Both the position numbers and the translations under genes were made by a program. Source: Escherichia phage Ptacy1479. From it: a stretch of 64,000 nucleotides of DNA. The stretch is taken from the sequence record PQ863256.1. One strand, written 5' to 3'. Positions 21,085-31,155 of the stretch are shown here, piece by piece. The notes beneath the pieces were generated by a model that saw only the letters and a list, made by a program, of their open reading frames with translations, searched no databases and was not told the origin of the DNA. How positions within the stretch are numbered: the first letter of the stretch is position 1; each line of letters opens with the position of its first letter.

Positions 21085-21588
21085 TTAAATAATGAGATCT
21101 TGTTCTTTTCTTCTTTCATCGAAAACCTTCCTAATCTCTTGCAGAGAAACAGCTTTATAATTAATTTGCTCCATTGATGTACAGAAATATCTCCAATCAT
21201 CAATTACATGATTATGTGTATGAGCATAAATATTAAACTTCCCTCTCATCTCATCAGAGTGAATAGGAATGTGAGTTATCCAAAACTCTTTATATTTATA
21301 ATCACCAGAGATTCTACGGAAGACTTTCATCATATCAGGGAGAAGTTCTAATCTGTCATGATTTCCTAAGACCAGATGTTTCTCTCCTTTTACTTCAGCG
21401 ATGATATCAAGGGCATACTTTTCAAACACCCAATCACCAGTAAAGAAAATTTTATCACGCTTAGTTACATGATCAAATGCAGCTAGAATTGCTTTGTCAT
21501 GTTCTTCGATGGTTTTAAATTGCTTACGAAAACTACAGATGTTGCGATGGCCTAAGTGACCGTCTCCTGCAAAATAAACTTCAGCCAT
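21085..21588 (-). CDS. metallophosphoesterase (calcineurin-like Ser/Thr phosphatase fold)
   Basis: Motifs GDGHLGH, GNHD and HTHNH match phosphoesterase metal-binding signatures. Confidence 0.65.
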   Translation of the reverse strand: MAEVYFAGDGHLGHRNICSFRKQFKTIEEHDKAILAAFDHVTKRDKIFFTGDWVFEKYALDIIAEVKGEKHLVLGNHDRLELLPDMMKVFRRISGDYKYKEFWITHIPIHSDEMRGKFNIYAHTHNHVIDDWRYFCTSMEQINYKAVSLQEIRKVFDERRKEQDLII

Positions 21589-21597
21589 AAAGACCTC

Positions 21598-21813
21598 TTA
21601 GATAGTACACCCATCGCAAGTTAAATCACCTAGAAGGGATAGAGAAAGTAATCTGGATTGCTCATCACTGTATAATTGATCAATCTCTTCTTTAAGTTTT
21701 GCCAACTCTGTGAAATTGATAAGTTGACCATGTTCAAGACAGTCTGTTTTTAGTATAAATAAAACTTCAGCGTCTGTTGAATCTTCACTTGAATATTTAT
21801 CAATGTATTCCAT
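21598..21813 (-). CDS. hypothetical protein
   Basis: 71 aa ORF co-oriented in operon. Confidence 0.3.
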   Translation of the reverse strand: MEYIDKYSSEDSTDAEVLFILKTDCLEHGQLINFTELAKLKEEIDQLYSDEQSRLLSLSLLGDLTCDGCTI

Positions 21814-22305
21814 TTTTACTCCTATTAATTATGACCAAGATTTAGCTTTTACTTCGACGTATGTTTTAACTTCACCTTTCAAGACTTCCTGAGAAGTCTT
21901 TGCACTTTCCTCAGAGTGATGTACAACGGTGATCTCTTTCTTTCCAATCTTATAAGTGTGAATCCAAATCATACTTCTTCCTTATATTCCCAATTTCTTT
22001 CATAATACCCAGAGTTGTAGTTTAGGGCGCACTTCTCGGCCTCTTCTATGTCGTCAGTGTTTAGGATATTTACCCATCCTCCAACTTCATCAAAACCTTC
22101 TTCTACTTCGTTAAACCATACGCTATACTTTTTCATCGAGAAGTTCTTCCCCAATCTTTTACATAGCATCGCCCGTTAACCCACTTTGTCTCTGACTTAA
22201 ACTCTTGAGACAATCTCACTTCACAGTCTTCTCTACTGGCATCTCCTCCGATATCAATCAGATATAGGAATAGGGCTATACCTAAAGACCAAAGAATTAT
22301 CTTCT

Positions 22306-22698
22306 TCATCGAATCACCAAAGGCTCTTCAGAGTACACAGGAGCGGCTATTTCTACAGGAGGTGCTGCCCTAAGGTCATTAAGTCTTACGCCCTTCAGCA
22401 TACCGTCTAGGTGGTCCTTTTTGGGGATTCCAACAGGGAAGTCGTCAATCCAGATATCTACAAAGAAACCTAGCTGCCGACATACCTCATCCTTCTGGAC
22501 ACCATTGCAAAAGATGATAGGAATTTGCAAACACTCTGCATCAATCTTAATATCGTGATTATCATACCCATTAGGTTCTGCAAAGCGATAAGTTACAAAA
22601 CGTACATCATAGCCTTTTTCTTGCATTAAAGCCACCACAGAGCGCCACAGCTTTTTATCTGAGGTGTAAGTGTCATCGTAATCTAAACCAATATTCAT
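22306..22698 (-). CDS. HAD-like phosphatase (tentative)
   Basis: N-terminal MNIGLDYDDT resembles HAD motif I (DxDxT); WIDDF resembles motif IV. Confidence 0.3.
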   Translation of the reverse strand: MNIGLDYDDTYTSDKKLWRSVVALMQEKGYDVRFVTYRFAEPNGYDNHDIKIDAECLQIPIIFCNGVQKDEVCRQLGFFVDIWIDDFPVGIPKKDHLDGMLKGVRLNDLRAAPPVEIAAPVYSEEPLVIR

Positions 22699-22832
22699 TC
22701 CCCTAACTCCTCATGTTCGTGACCACAAATAGGGCATTTGTATAAATGGACAGGTGTTTCGAAGATCTCTGACCATTGAGTATCTATCCTTTTAGATACC
22801 GAGCCACATTTATCACATTCAGATTCTAACAT
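22695..22832 (-). CDS. small zinc-ribbon protein
   Basis: 45 aa ORF MLESECDKCG...CPICGHEH with two CxxC pairs; stop overlaps next start (ATGA). Confidence 0.3.
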   Translation of the reverse strand: MLESECDKCGSVSKRIDTQWSEIFETPVHLYKCPICGHEHEELGE

Positions 22833-22847
22833 TTCTAAATCCTTTAG

Positions 22848-22880
22848 ACAAGAAAAGCCGCCCGAAGGCAGCTTCTTATT
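22848..22880 (-). terminator. rho-independent terminator-like hairpin
   Basis: Stem GCTGCC-TTCG-GGCGGC with flanking T-runs on both strands, just after stop of 22878..23058. Confidence 0.4.
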
Positions 22881-23058
22881 TAACTGTTCACTTTAGCTTC
22901 AAGTGTTTCATTTTCAATACTCAAGTCAATCACTACACCAGTAAGCTCAACGACTGCTTGGCGAAGTGCATCTTTACCCATAGAGTGTACTTGAGATAAG
23001 AAGAAAGCTTTACCTTCTTCCGTGGATAGGGTTTCTTTCAGTTCAGTTGCAGTCATTC
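22878..23058 (-). CDS. small hypothetical protein
   Basis: 59 aa ORF MTATELKETL... with GAGG RBS, below the ORF-track length cut-off. Confidence 0.25.
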
Positions 23059-23235
23059 TTTTCCTCTCTCTCTTTCCATAATTCAGCCAGTTCTAAATAA
23101 TATTGTGCTTCATCAGCACGTCCTTGTTCACTACAGATGGCGCTTTGACGATAACACCAATCCGATGGCATCTCTTCCACTTCAATCTCCTTGTTACGAA
23201 CTAATCAATAAGAATAGTTCATTCGTCTTGTTTGT

Positions 23236-23472
23236 TCACTCTGCCAATGCAGGTATCTCTAATCTCTTAATTGTGAATGCTTTGTCTGGAAACTTTCGAA
23301 CTAGCTCCGCTGCTTTGCTAATCGCTAAGTTCTCTGTTTCAAAGATACAGAATTGACCATTCAGAGCGGTAATAGTGGAGCCACCACTGAAGATGGCCCA
23401 AGATTTATAATAACCACGAACACTCATAACCCACCTTAGTGCGTATGCATCCAGTTGAGTCCAATCTGACAA
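23236..23472 (-). CDS. hypothetical protein
   Basis: 78 aa ORF, co-oriented. Confidence 0.3.
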   Translation of the reverse strand: MSDWTQLDAYALRWVMSVRGYYKSWAIFSGGSTITALNGQFCIFETENLAISKAAELVRKFPDKAFTIKRLEIPALAE

Positions 23473-25280
23473 TCAGAGGCCAGAGGACATTCCATGTTCA
23501 AGTACTCACCCGCTTTCTTAACACAAAGCTCAGTGTGTTCTTTGAGTTTCTGTACATCATTACGATTCACTGAGAATTGGCCCTCATCATGCATATCAAT
23601 TACCTTAGCACAACGAACCCCATCCCTCTCAATCCACTTGTTTAGGAACATCATAGCATATTTCATAACAACAGCACCAGCACATTGCAGTAGAGTGTTA
23701 AGTGCTTTATGAACCATAACCTTACCAGTGGCATCTCGTCTCATTGTAATCTTACGACCATCAACACCAATCAAGTATCCTTGAGCAGCTTTCTCTGTCA
23801 TACGATCAATGAGGATTGCAATACATGGGTTCTCTGCCAAGAAACGTGCTCGCATCACTGAACCTTCTTCAGCCCCACCACCTACAATTGAACCAAGCTT
23901 AGCGTCGCCAGCACCGTAGTTGAATGCATAGATAAATGTTTTAGCGTTGTCACGAGTAGGAAGACCAGCAAGTTTCTGGTTATGGGAGTGGATATCACCT
24001 TCAAGGAGAATATCACGATACATAATAGCAGAAGCTAAACCACGTTCTGCCAGAGCTTTCTTAGCCGGATTGTTCTCTTCAATTGCCTCAGCAAGCATAT
24101 CTCTACACTCTTTAATGAGGTAGTGAGCGAGCATACGAAGTTCAAGTCCAGAACCATCATACCCTAAGAATACTTCTTTACCAGCGGGTATGTAATATTT
24201 GTAAGCACCTACAGGTTTGTCTTTCTTCCTCGGCTTACCTTTCTCATAAATTACGTTAGTACCTTTTCGTATATAACAACCATCAGGAACAACGTTAGTA
24301 ATAACGAAAGGACGAGAATGATCACTGTCTGAGTTATAGTCAGACTCAAACAAACTGCGACACTCGTGACCAAACAAACCACGGGAGGGAATATTAACCA
24401 CGATACGATGTTTGAATCGAAAAGTTGGCGTAGCGCAGCTGTTAGCTTCTGCCGAAAGTTTACCATCTTCGCGTTCCTTTGCTATGAGTCCACTGATAAG
24501 ACCTAGCCTGTGAGCCGCTACAACGCGTCTCTTAAGCAAACTTCCGACACTCCCTAGATCACCCCCTAGCCCCTCTTCAAGAGTCTCCTCGAGGTTTGTA
24601 GGAGCTGTAGGCCACTTATTTGATGTGGCTAGTGCTTTCTTAATCTCATCAAACGTTACAGGATTACGGCGATTAGGGTTCAATCCCAAACCAAATACGT
24701 AAGCCTTCATATAGTTCTTAGTTTTAAACCTGAAATGCTTTTCTAAGAACTTCTTAATATCAGCGTCAACCATCTCGGCTGTCTGCTTTTGCTTAGCATT
24801 GCCTCTCATCCAAGCAGTATACCATGCTTGGTATGTTCCATACTTTCGCATATCTTTCTTAATTTCGAAAGTATTCCAAGGTTTCTTAGATACGTTAAAC
24901 TCTGGAGGAAGAAAGCCCTCATCCATAAGAGCCTCTTTAACTCGTGCATCTTTCGATGGGTCAAAGTCTACGTATTCGACACAGGTGAATGCTCCACCAA
25001 TATCTTCTCTCTTCAGCCCAACCCTATCACAATAGGCTTGAGGCCACTTCTGTAAAGCTCCAGACTTCTTAAACGGCTTCATGTAAGTAGAGCCATCTAA
25101 TCTCATCTTAGGTAAGAGAGGAATCAACTCTCTGTCAATATTAACAATAATCTCTTTAAGGAGGTGAACATACCACCGAGCATTTCTTCGGTTGAAACTC
25201 ACTCCGTGCTTTGCTTGCTTAGAGATTATATCAGCGACAGTCATCTCTGTCAAAAATGGAAGAGCGTCCGGGTTGCTCAC
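23436..25280 (-). CDS. DNA polymerase family A, polymerase domain only (split polymerase, part II)
   Basis: Motif A GYDGSGLELRMLAHY, motif B RDNAKTFIYAFNYGAG, motif C IDMHDEG; no exonuclease motifs in this ORF. Confidence 0.85.
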   Translation of the reverse strand: MSNPDALPFLTEMTVADIISKQAKHGVSFNRRNARWYVHLLKEIIVNIDRELIPLLPKMRLDGSTYMKPFKKSGALQKWPQAYCDRVGLKREDIGGAFTCVEYVDFDPSKDARVKEALMDEGFLPPEFNVSKKPWNTFEIKKDMRKYGTYQAWYTAWMRGNAKQKQTAEMVDADIKKFLEKHFRFKTKNYMKAYVFGLGLNPNRRNPVTFDEIKKALATSNKWPTAPTNLEETLEEGLGGDLGSVGSLLKRRVVAAHRLGLISGLIAKEREDGKLSAEANSCATPTFRFKHRIVVNIPSRGLFGHECRSLFESDYNSDSDHSRPFVITNVVPDGCYIRKGTNVIYEKGKPRKKDKPVGAYKYYIPAGKEVFLGYDGSGLELRMLAHYLIKECRDMLAEAIEENNPAKKALAERGLASAIMYRDILLEGDIHSHNQKLAGLPTRDNAKTFIYAFNYGAGDAKLGSIVGGGAEEGSVMRARFLAENPCIAILIDRMTEKAAQGYLIGVDGRKITMRRDATGKVMVHKALNTLLQCAGAVVMKYAMMFLNKWIERDGVRCAKVIDMHDEGQFSVNRNDVQKLKEHTELCVKKAGEYLNMECPLASDCQIGLNWMHTH

Positions 25281-25296
25281 TTTATACTCCTTTAAA

Positions 25297-25719
25297 TTAT
25301 TGGTAAAGTAAATCTGTAAATGCTTGGTTATCTTCTACTACATTCAGCATGGTTGCTTCATCACTATAAGCCCTAACTGTCCCGTTGACAACTGTCCAAG
25401 GAGGGGGCGGAGGAGGTGTATGTGCAGCTCTGGCTTCACGAGGTTGTTCTCGTACTAGATGATCCACAACCCTCTGACCAGCAAGTTCCTCTCTTTCTCT
25501 AATAGATCTTTGGATGTAAGCCAGCTTCATACCCCAAGCTTCTTCAAACTCTTGAGGGTGCTTATCACTGATAACCACATACTGTCGCTCTGGGCGTCCT
25601 GCCCTAATATCTGACAATAATTCATGGAACAAGTCAAGCTCATGTTCAGTGAGACTTTCTTCGATATCATCCCACTTGAGAACTAGGAAACGGTTTTGAT
25701 ATCTAGTTGGTAATGGCAT
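25297..25719 (-). CDS. hypothetical protein (Pro-rich segment PPPPPPW)
   Basis: 140 aa ORF directly upstream of polymerase gene. Confidence 0.35.
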   Translation of the reverse strand: MPLPTRYQNRFLVLKWDDIEESLTEHELDLFHELLSDIRAGRPERQYVVISDKHPQEFEEAWGMKLAYIQRSIREREELAGQRVVDHLVREQPREARAAHTPPPPPPWTVVNGTVRAYSDEATMLNVVEDNQAFTDLLYQ

Positions 25720-25722
25720 AAC

Positions 25723-26007
25723 TCAACCTTTTGGGAATGGCATTAAAGATTCCATAGCAGCTTTAATTTCGCTATTGATCCGTGAATCTCGATAAGAGAT
25801 AAACTTACCTTTGCTGTCACGTAGCATCACATGGGTTCTGGCTGTTTTGTGAGGGAGTAATGTGATACTGGTCGGGATAGCATCAACCCCCACAGAGTAT
25901 TTGTCAATAGTCTTGCTTTCAGCCAACAGATAAGACCAAGTACGCGGTTTCTGCTCCGGGCGGTTGGGGTATGTATCTCGAATCTGTACCATAGCTAACA
26001 TATTCAT
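25723..26007 (-). CDS. small protein, tandem paralogue pair member
   Basis: Shares KTARTxVxLRxxxGKFISY...PFPxG with 26009..26263. Confidence 0.35.
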   Translation of the reverse strand: MNMLAMVQIRDTYPNRPEQKPRTWSYLLAESKTIDKYSVGVDAIPTSITLLPHKTARTHVMLRDSKGKFISYRDSRINSEIKAAMESLMPFPKG

Positions 26008-26008
26008 A

Positions 26009-26263
26009 TTAAACTCCTTCAGGGAATGGGATGAGATTTTCTACTGCAACACGGAAAGATTTTTCTACGTTCTTATTCTTATAAGAGATGAATTTTCCAT
26101 CAGCTCCGCGAAGGAGTACATTAGTGCGAGCTGTTTTTGGGTTTTGTTGAATCATAGAACGAATGATGTGCTCTGAACCTCTGTGGTTATTGGTGAATTT
26201 CCAACTGGTGGTTTTACCGGTACGGGTTACATCAACGATATTTACGATTTTTACAATAGACAT
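26009..26263 (-). CDS. small protein, tandem paralogue pair member
   Basis: Shares conserved block with 25723..26007. Confidence 0.35.
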   Translation of the reverse strand: MSIVKIVNIVDVTRTGKTTSWKFTNNHRGSEHIIRSMIQQNPKTARTNVLLRGADGKFISYKNKNVEKSFRVAVENLIPFPEGV

Positions 26264-26332
26264 ATTTATTACCTAAGAAGTTTATTTTGGTTTATATAAA
26301 AGAAAAGGCCACCTGATTAGGCAGCCTTTGTT

Positions 26333-26626
26333 CTAGAGACGAAGCCAAGTTTGATAGTCAGCTTCAGTGTAATGGTTGTTCCGAGAGTTGTTTTTCATTT
26401 CCTTGAGAGTAGCTCTCAGGTCGATGTTATGCTCTCTCCTTGTTCTATTCGGGTCTGTATCTTCTAATAGATGGGAGTGATCACTACAAGAGTAGTGCTT
26501 ATAGTGGTCCCTGTACCCCCTATTTGTAGAATACTTGGTCATTAAAGTTGCAACTCTTTTTACACCCTCTGCTTTACAGAATTTACAGTAAGTGTGAATT
26601 GTACATCTTTTTGTTTCTGCTGACAC
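26333..26626 (-). CDS. hypothetical Cys/His-rich protein
   Basis: 97 aa ORF with CKFCK and HYKHYSCSDHSH. Confidence 0.3.
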   Translation of the reverse strand: MSAETKRCTIHTYCKFCKAEGVKRVATLMTKYSTNRGYRDHYKHYSCSDHSHLLEDTDPNRTRREHNIDLRATLKEMKNNSRNNHYTEADYQTWLRL

Positions 26627-26636
26627 TATAACCTCT

Positions 26637-26951
26637 TTATGAGCTTAAAGCTCCTTTGCGTGCTCCAGCTGCTTTTCCAGCTCGATCACCACTTTTGCCG
26701 CCGTTTGAACGGTTTGAGCTGACTGATTCAACACGTAAGTTGCTTGACGCATTAGAACCTCCAGACTTGACAGCTCGTTTGTGTCCAACATCTTTACCTC
26801 TGACAGCAGCTTTTCCATCGCGCTTTTCAACGATGCGACGTGCACGGTGGCGCTGAGCATCTCCGCTCTTGCTCCCAACGCCTGTCTCACCACGGGCAAT
26901 TGCGGTACGTCTTTCTTGTGCATAATCTCTCTTTCCTACATGATCTGCCAT
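26637..26951 (-). CDS. basic Gly/Ser/Lys/Arg-rich protein
   Basis: Strong RBS AAGGAG 7 nt upstream of ATG 26951 and promoter-like motif upstream; overlapping alternative-frame ORF 26645..26923 judged spurious. Confidence 0.4.
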   Translation of the reverse strand: MADHVGKRDYAQERRTAIARGETGVGSKSGDAQRHRARRIVEKRDGKAAVRGKDVGHKRAVKSGGSNASSNLRVESVSSNRSNGGKSGDRAGKAAGARKGALSS

Positions 26952-26987
26952 TTAAAACTCCTTAATATATCAGTGTACACTAAGGAG

Positions 26988-26996
26988 TATACATTA
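26988..26996 (-). promoter_or_regulatory. TAATGTATA promoter-like motif
   Basis: - strand ATAATGTATACTCC about 40 nt upstream of ATG 26951. Confidence 0.35.
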
Positions 26997-27368
26997 TGAA
27001 TGATGTTAAAACTCTGCTAAGTACTTAATATCAGAGGCATATACCTCATCAAAAGAAATAGGCTCTCCGTTGTAGAGGAGTTCTATTTTCAGTATACCAG
27101 AGCATTTGGTGTCTTTAGAGTCAACTCTGATAGAGAGTTTATCAACTATATGAGCTTTAATCTCTTCTATCATTAACTCTTGAGTATTACTCACTCCACC
27201 CTCCCGGTGGTACAAAATCATCAGGAACGTCAATGATAGTAGGTTCTCCATCATTCATGCAGGTGTCTTCATTGAACTCTTCACACTCAAAACATGCTCG
27301 TTCGATATTTTTGTAGAAGTCGATGGTTGCTGAACCATCACCACAATCTCGGATAACTAAAGCGACTT

Positions 27369-28112
27369 TCATTTATCTTGTTCCTTTTCCATAGCTTTAA
27401 CAATGGCTTTACAGAAACCAGAACGAACAATGTCATCTGACTCACCGTCTACAATCTCAGCAAACTCATACAGATCATGTTCATCAATAAAGTTAGTAGC
27501 CCAAGTCAGGCCACTCTCACGACCACGCATATCATGCTGGTTTGTATCACCCATGCAAAACAGCTGAGAGGTTTCTCCCAATCGAGTCATGATGGAGAAG
27601 GCTTCATCCTTAGTTGTGTTCTGGAACTCATCTACGATAACAATAGCATCATTGAAAGAACGACCACGGAGGTATTCCAGAGGTACGAACTCGATGTTGC
27701 TATTACCAAGTTGGCATTCATAGAACCCCTTACCATATCGCTGAGTAATAACATCAATGATAGGCATCAGGTAAGGTTCAAACTTCTCACGCATTCCTCC
27801 CGGAAGTAACCCAAGAGAATTGCCCATGCCAACCGAAGGACGACTCAGAATGATCTTCTGAATCTTACCACTCTTCAGTGCATCGATAACCGTGGAAGTG
27901 ATTACAAAGGTCTTACCACAGCCCGCAGGAGCGTCTGTGAACACAACTTGTTTAGTCTTAATAGCATTGAGTAGCTCAGACTGAAACTGGTTCTGAGGGA
28001 CTACAGGCTTTGCTAAAACCACCTCTTCATACTCTCGCTTACCTTTACGAGTAACAAGTGCTTCCCGACGAAGGTCTTTCCGTGATTCTTTCCGTGATTG
28101 ACGACGACTCAT
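27369..28112 (-). CDS. phoH: PhoH-like ATPase
   Basis: Walker A FTDAPAGCGKTF and Walker B-like IVIVDEFQN in PhoH-type arrangement. Confidence 0.7.
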   Translation of the reverse strand: MSRRQSRKESRKDLRREALVTRKGKREYEEVVLAKPVVPQNQFQSELLNAIKTKQVVFTDAPAGCGKTFVITSTVIDALKSGKIQKIILSRPSVGMGNSLGLLPGGMREKFEPYLMPIIDVITQRYGKGFYECQLGNSNIEFVPLEYLRGRSFNDAIVIVDEFQNTTKDEAFSIMTRLGETSQLFCMGDTNQHDMRGRESGLTWATNFIDEHDLYEFAEIVDGESDDIVRSGFCKAIVKAMEKEQDK

Positions 28113-28306
28113 TTACGCTCTCCAATTTCTTCGTAATGACACTCAGTAGTTAAGCAGTCTTTACAGATTGCTGTATAAACCCTGACGTTAGTAAATCGTT
28201 TGTTCTTCCCTTTGGTTGGAGAGCCTTTGGCAAGCTCTCTGATAACCTTGTTACTTAAATGAAGGTTTGTTCCTTCACATCTAGAGCACTTCACCACAAT
28301 GTCCAT
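28109..28306 (-). CDS. small zinc-ribbon protein
   Basis: 65 aa with CSRCEG...CKDC pairs. Confidence 0.3.
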   Translation of the reverse strand: MDIVVKCSRCEGTNLHLSNKVIRELAKGSPTKGKNKRFTNVRVYTAICKDCLTTECHYEEIGERK

Positions 28307-28653
28307 TCAGTAAGAGACCACAGGGAGTCACCTATGTGGGCATTGTCATTCCTGATGAGGTCTTTGATTTTATCAACATCAGTTAAGTGAGTCACATTCA
28401 AAATATCCTCAACATCCGGGGTATATTTAAATATGGCAATAATACTGTTGTGATCTTCAGCATATCTTTCTAGAACATAAACTACACTCATAAGGCATCA
28501 ACCTCTCTCAGATACCACCATTTAAACTCAACACCTTTACGACCACCACCATTCATAACCCAACGCATCATCTCATCAGGTATTCCAAAAGGTTTAAGTT
28601 TCGCATAGTTAGGTTTTTCTAAGAACACAGCTTCAAAATACTCACCATCTTGA

Positions 28654-29010
28654 TCATACTGGTTGATTGCTCTTGTTAGTACCCATACTTTCATTACTCT
28701 TCTCTTTATGAAGTCTATAAACAGCTGTCGCCATGCAAGCAACAGCTTCATTATGCGGAAGGTGCATCCCTGTAGAACCATCCCAATCTTTGAACTCATT
28801 GTCAAAGACTCCGGTAGGTTCTGGATACAGAGCTTGCAGCTCCACTAGATCATTAGCAACTTGTTGCCATTTATCATCAGACCAGATAGGGTCATCCAAC
28901 CAGTAATACAAATAGGAATGGATGATCAATTGCCTTCTATGCCGATTGATTACTTCAGCGGGACTTATTTCACTTCCATTTGAAGTCCTAAATGTATTAC
29001 CGTCGATCAT
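28654..29010 (-). CDS. stand-alone protein resembling NAD-dependent DNA ligase domain Ia
   Basis: IHSYLYYWLDDPIWSDDKWQQVANDLVELQALYPE aligns with LigA N-terminal HxYLYxxDxPxIxDxxYDxLxxELxxLExxHPE signature; no adenylation domain follows. Confidence 0.4.
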   Translation of the reverse strand: MIDGNTFRTSNGSEISPAEVINRHRRQLIIHSYLYYWLDDPIWSDDKWQQVANDLVELQALYPEPTGVFDNEFKDWDGSTGMHLPHNEAVACMATAVYRLHKEKSNESMGTNKSNQPV

Positions 29011-29755
29011 TATGAAAATTTCCGTTCTGTTAAAAAGTATATAACTTCACTATCTGGAGACCGAACTTTCTCTCCATTTACTAATTTCTTAGCATCTTCA
29101 TATGAAGCACAATCCAAAGCAGGGTTATCAGGTGTTGGCTTCCCTAGGAAATATTTCCAAGTCCAACGCTCTCCGTCATCATCTTGACAGTCAAGAGTCC
29201 ACAATGTTTTCATTTAACAACCTTAAATTTGAATGTTGTTGGGTGATAATAGTGCAACCTGTTGATAGTATGCTTTGTTTCAAGGTATGTCCTACAGGAG
29301 TGGCACATAACATGAGACAAACCAGTCACAGGATTGGGCTTAAAATTGATGATAAGCTTCTCTTTCTTACAGAAGCTACAGACTTTCTTTTCCATCTTTT
29401 CTCCAGTGGTCAACGAATTGCTGAAACACTTTATGGTCGAAGGTGAAACCACGAGCAATCCCACACTCTACGAAAGTAGAAGGCATATAGTCTACATCAC
29501 CTTTAGATGTATGACCATAAACTTGAATAAGCTTTTTAATCTTACCCTTCTCTCTTCGAGGAAGCATCCTAAATGCCTCCTGAATATCTGTAATATGTTT
29601 GACTTTCATCAGAAATTCCTGCTAATCCTCTGGATTATGAGAACAGCAATACTCACATACTCCGCAACATGGACAAATTTCTACACTTGGGTCATATGCA
29701 TCATCCACTGTCATTCCGCACTTGGTACAGAACACGTCGTCATCTTCTTCCAATA

Positions 29756-30412
29756 TTAAATCTCCAATGTTTTCTTCAGAGCTGCCCACGAGATTGGGTA
29801 GATCTTAGTCATCTCTTCGTCTACAGATTTAGCAAACACTCGAACTTCATATTGAGCGTGAGAGGAGAGTCGCTGACGACACAACTCAAACCAGCCATAC
29901 AAAGAACCGGTCCACACCCACTCAGTGATCATCCCCTGAGGAAGAACAAATCGAGCTTGCTCTGGTGCAATAAATTCAATCAACTTGTCATATGCTGCTA
30001 GAGAAGCTTCATATGCATCATTAATCAGCATTAATGCTTCAGCTCGTTCTCCGTCGATGAGTTGAATCCCTGAACCTGCATGGAGGTCCGAAGGTCTCGC
30101 AAAAATCTCTTTAGGGATGAAGACTTCAACTGCTCCATCTTTATACCGCCGGGACATTTCGTTCCACGAGAATCCAACCTGATGCTTGCCCAACTGTCTC
30201 GCAATTGCGATAGGTGCTTTGCATCGGAAACTGACTTGCGGGTGTCGGAATGGGGTAACATGCTTCTCTCTTGCGAGGAAGTTGATGAGACGTTCATCAC
30301 GTTCATTTAAATCACCTTCACGGGTTACGCCAAAGGAAACTCGAGCTGCGTTTACTACGCTACGATCACTTCCCATAGCTTCGATTAATGTTGCTTGTAA
30401 TTGTTCATTCAT
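29756..30412 (-). CDS. thyX: flavin-dependent thymidylate synthase (ThyX-like, divergent)
   Basis: HVTPFRHPQVSFRCKAPIAIARQLGKHQVGFSWNEMSRRY parallels the ThyX core with the RHR triad replaced by KHQ. Confidence 0.55.
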   Translation of the reverse strand: MNEQLQATLIEAMGSDRSVVNAARVSFGVTREGDLNERDERLINFLAREKHVTPFRHPQVSFRCKAPIAIARQLGKHQVGFSWNEMSRRYKDGAVEVFIPKEIFARPSDLHAGSGIQLIDGERAEALMLINDAYEASLAAYDKLIEFIAPEQARFVLPQGMITEWVWTGSLYGWFELCRQRLSSHAQYEVRVFAKSVDEEMTKIYPISWAALKKTLEI

Positions 30413-30427
30413 CCGTGAATTTCCTTA

Positions 30428-30637
30428 TTAATATTCCTTGATTGGGGATACCACAAAACCACCAAGAGGTGAGGTAAAAGATTTATGTAAGCTTATTTTG
30501 CTATAAATCTTTGGAGCCATCTTAAGAGCCTTCTTAAAACGACGAGCATCTTTACGAGTAGCAAAATGCTCTGTAACAGGTATAGAATGGTCTTGGTAGA
30601 TATAATACATCACCGTCCAGTATTTTCCCATAATCAA
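30428..30637 (-). CDS. small protein, member of a ~65 aa paralogue family (TRKxAR..KK ... Y-terminal)
   Basis: Shares TRKDARRFKK and C-terminal Tyr with 32114..32729 triplet. Confidence 0.3.
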   Translation of the reverse strand: MIMGKYWTVMYYIYQDHSIPVTEHFATRKDARRFKKALKMAPKIYSKISLHKSFTSPLGGFVVSPIKEY

Positions 30638-30906
30638 ACACCTAGTGCAGTAGTTAAAAATGCTTTCAGGTTTGCCTCAGTCTGCATACCAGAGAGGCTG
30701 TAGTGTGCGCCACTGTTACGGTCAGGTACGACGAAAGCGGGTATGCTTCGTACACCATATTTAACAGCTTGTTCACGACCATCTCCTTCAAGGATATTGA
30801 TCTCTTCCACTTCTACATCAAACTCCCTAACAACCCTCTCAAAGGTGGGAGCCATTGCTTTACATGGAGCACACTGATCACTATAAAACTTAATTACTTT
30901 AGACAT
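30634..30906 (-). CDS. thioredoxin-like protein
   Basis: CxxC active-site-like FYSDQCAPCK near N-terminus of a 90 aa thioredoxin-fold-sized protein. Confidence 0.6.
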   Translation of the reverse strand: MSKVIKFYSDQCAPCKAMAPTFERVVREFDVEVEEINILEGDGREQAVKYGVRSIPAFVVPDRNSGAHYSLSGMQTEANLKAFLTTALGV

Positions 30907-31155
30907 GTAAATCCTTATGCAGTCAGGAGGTGAAGCAGGAACGGGATAACAACAGCTACGATAACCATGATGGTTGATGCTGTTTGAATCTCACCTTTCT
31001 TATCAGGGGTTTCTTCAATAAGCTTACCAGAAGCCCAATAAATACCACCACCAATAAAGATAGCCCAAATACCCCATACGATTGCTGATAACATATATCT
31101 ATATCCTTATAAATAAGTTCGCCCCACCTCGGGTTAGGAGACAGGGCGGAGGTTT

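Noticed and set aside
26645-26923. 92 aa ORF in an alternative frame overlapping 26637..26951
   Set aside because: The 26951 start has a strong AAGGAG RBS and upstream promoter-like motif; the alternative frame lacks both.
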